A DNA stretch of 55,200 nt from a virus (lineage: Duplodnaviria > Caudoviricetes): positions 1 through 55,200 of IMG/VR virus record IMGVR_UViG_3300031355_000002; one strand, written 5' to 3'. The position numbers and the translations under genes are program-made. Each line of letters starts with the position of its first letter. Position 1 is the first letter of the stretch. Below the pieces are notes generated by a model. That model was not told the origin of the DNA. It saw only the letters and a list, made by a program, of their open reading frames with translations, and searched no databases. Positions 54,030 through 55,200 of the stretch are shown piece after piece.

Positions 54030-54287
54030 GTGGCGAAGAAGAAGAGCAAGAAGAAAGGCAAGAAGGACAAGAAGGACAAGAAGGTCAGCAAGGGCGAGGA
54101 GTCAGTCAGCTCGTTGCTGAAGCTTCTTGAGGAGACAGACGACCAGGACGAGAAGCGCAACATCCGCGCAAAGCTGAGGGCCCGTGGTCACGAGGGTGGT
54201 CTGGGCGGCAAGAAGGCGAAGAAGAAAGCGAAGAAGAAAGCGAAGAAGAAGGGCAAGAAGAAGAAGTCTGACGAAGACGACGAGTAG
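54030..54287 (+). CDS. Small Lys-rich (histone-H1-like composition) protein
   Basis: GTG after AAGGAGG; Lys-rich ends around a DEKRNIRAKLRARGHEGGLG core; acidic tip. Confidence 0.75.
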   Translation: MAKKKSKKKGKKDKKDKKVSKGEESVSSLLKLLEETDDQDEKRNIRAKLRARGHEGGLGGKKAKKKAKKKAKKKGKKKKSDEDDE

Positions 54288-54309
54288 CAACCACGCTTAC
54301 CCTTCAGGC

Positions 54310-54352
54310 AAACGCCCGGGCGCCAGTTCGCAATGAAGCGCTCGGGCGTTTT
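54310..54352 (+). terminator. Rho-independent terminator
   Basis: aaacgcccgggcgc / gcgctcgggcgtttt. Confidence 0.7.
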
Positions 54353-54500
54353 GCAGTCAGGCGAGGCCCGACCCTCCACACACCCCGGTGGCGACCAGGT
54401 GGCGCCGAGGTCACAGACGAGCGCAGGCGAAAGCGGCTCTTTTAATGAATTGAGAGCCATCAATGCCACCCAAAATACCGATATTTAGCAAGGTATGTTA

Positions 54501-54513
54501 TATCAATAACTTA
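54501..54513 (+). promoter_or_regulatory. IHF-consensus site
   Basis: TATCAATAACTTA fits WATCAANNNNTTR; flanked by caatgccacc direct repeats at 54461 and 54514. Confidence 0.45.
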
Positions 54514-54549
54514 CAATGCCACCTTTTTAAGCTGAGCGTAAAGCTGCTA

Positions 54550-54602
54550 TTGACCTGCCATGCCCGTATGGTAGTATAAGTACGTCATACATAGGGTATG
54601 AC
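54550..54602 (+). promoter_or_regulatory. sigma70-like promoter with downstream palindromic operator
   Basis: TTGACC-16 nt-TAGTAT with TGn extension; gtcatac-N5-gtatgac at 54584-54602. Confidence 0.6.
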
Positions 54603-54628
54603 ATACGACGTTGAAAAGGAGCAAGGCA

Positions 54629-55099
54629 ATGACGAAGAAGCAGACGACGAAGAAGAGCAGCAAGGGCGCGAGCAAGGGCAAGTCGACGAAGTCGACGAAG
54701 AAGACGACGAAGAAGCCAGCCGCAAAGAAGGACGCGAAGATCGCCGCCACCAAGTCGGTCTCGTTCAAGAAGGGTGACCGCGTGAGTGTGTTCACCGACG
54801 GTGGCGCCTGGAAGGGCACGGTCGAGAAGATGCACAAGTCCGGGACGGCGATGGTCGCTGACGACTCAAACACGGTCCAGCGCGTGAAGACGTCGCAACT
54901 GAGTGAGTTGCACCGCGGACGCCAGGCGTTGCTGACCTCGCTGAGCACGAAGGAGCTGCACTCCGAGATCGCGCAGATTGTTAAGGAGCTGAAGGCGACG
55001 ACCGACCGGGACGAAAAGAAGCGGCTTCGCCGCTCGCTTCGCCGCCGCGGTCACAAGGGCGGTCTGGGTATCTGCGCCGAAGTCGTTGAAGCGCGCTAG
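54629..55099 (+). CDS. Lys-rich tail + Tudor/SH3-like domain + RGH.GGLG domain protein
   Basis: AAGGAG RBS; FKKGDRVSV..DG..WKGTVE; DEKKRLRRSLRRRGHKGGLG. Confidence 0.75.
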   Translation: MTKKQTTKKSSKGASKGKSTKSTKKTTKKPAAKKDAKIAATKSVSFKKGDRVSVFTDGGAWKGTVEKMHKSGTAMVADDSNTVQRVKTSQLSELHRGRQALLTSLSTKELHSEIAQIVKELKATTDRDEKKRLRRSLRRRGHKGGLGICAEVVEAR

Positions 55100-55112
55100 A
55101 CGACGTTCGATC

Positions 55113-55151
55113 CACTGGGGCCCCTGCACTTGCAGGGGCTCCTTTGCAGTG
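55113..55151 (+). terminator. Intergenic hairpin
   Basis: ggggcccctgc-actt-gcaggggctcc followed by ttt; outer cactg/cagtg. Confidence 0.55.
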
Positions 55152-55163
55152 AAGAGAGAAACG

Positions 55164-55200
55164 ATGAGCAATCAATCACACGTAGTGGATGTCCGCGTCG
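55164..55200 (+). CDS. Possible start of next gene (truncated by window)
   Basis: ATG after purine-rich GAAGAGAG; only 12 codons visible. Confidence 0.3.
   Translation, partial: MSNQSHVVDVRV

Noticed and set aside
19682-55099. Lys-rich tails as nuclear localisation signals or a eukaryotic/archaeal host (MCM, Tudor)
   Set aside because: Shine-Dalgarno sites, sigma70-like promoters, a sigma factor, lipoboxes and PolA indicate a bacterial host
1-55200. Integrase/att site, diversity-generating retroelement, introns or inteins
   Set aside because: No recombinase or reverse-transcriptase motifs seen; terL, polA and the helicases are uninterrupted with no intein motifs recognised. Such elements could lie outside the window

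Overview
This 55.2-kb window is part of a tailed dsDNA bacteriophage genome (Caudoviricetes) with a bacterial host, as shown by AAGGAGG-type RBSs, sigma70-like promoters and ATGA/TAATG gene overlaps. Two arms diverge from an AT-rich noncoding region at about 21.4-22.1 kb. The left arm (minus strand) carries a RuvC-like resolvase, terS, terL, about 6.5 kb of small accessory genes, portal, a 942-aa MuF/gp7 head protein with a C-terminal HExxH domain, head-tail connector, scaffold, HK97-type major capsid protein and a beta-helix fibre. Core tail genes are not in the window. The right arm (plus strand) carries about 15 kb of small early genes, then a replication module: ATP-dependent ligase, SNF2 helicase, PD-(D/E)xK nuclease, a stand-alone NrdD-type glycyl-radical domain, Sak4-like ATPase, SSB with tandem Tudor-like domains and a TOPRIM-MCM primase-helicase. 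A nucleotide-modification cluster and DNA polymerase A follow. The best candidates for new biology are: (1) two thymidylate-synthase-fold genes, both with Asp at the pyrimidine-specificity position, which suggests an uncharacterised cytosine-modification pathway; (2) a recurring toolkit of Lys-rich N-terminal tails, Tudor-like domains and acidic tracts across replication and packaging proteins; (3) a tandem array of diverged small paralogs, plus a block of genes sharing exact DNA repeats; (4) a nested structured RNA at 30.8-31.0 kb; (5) a carbohydrate-binding-like insert in the capsid protein; (6) a beta-grasp-like gene between terS and terL. All family calls come from motif recognition by eye; no searches were run. 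No integrase, tRNA or CRISPR array was seen.
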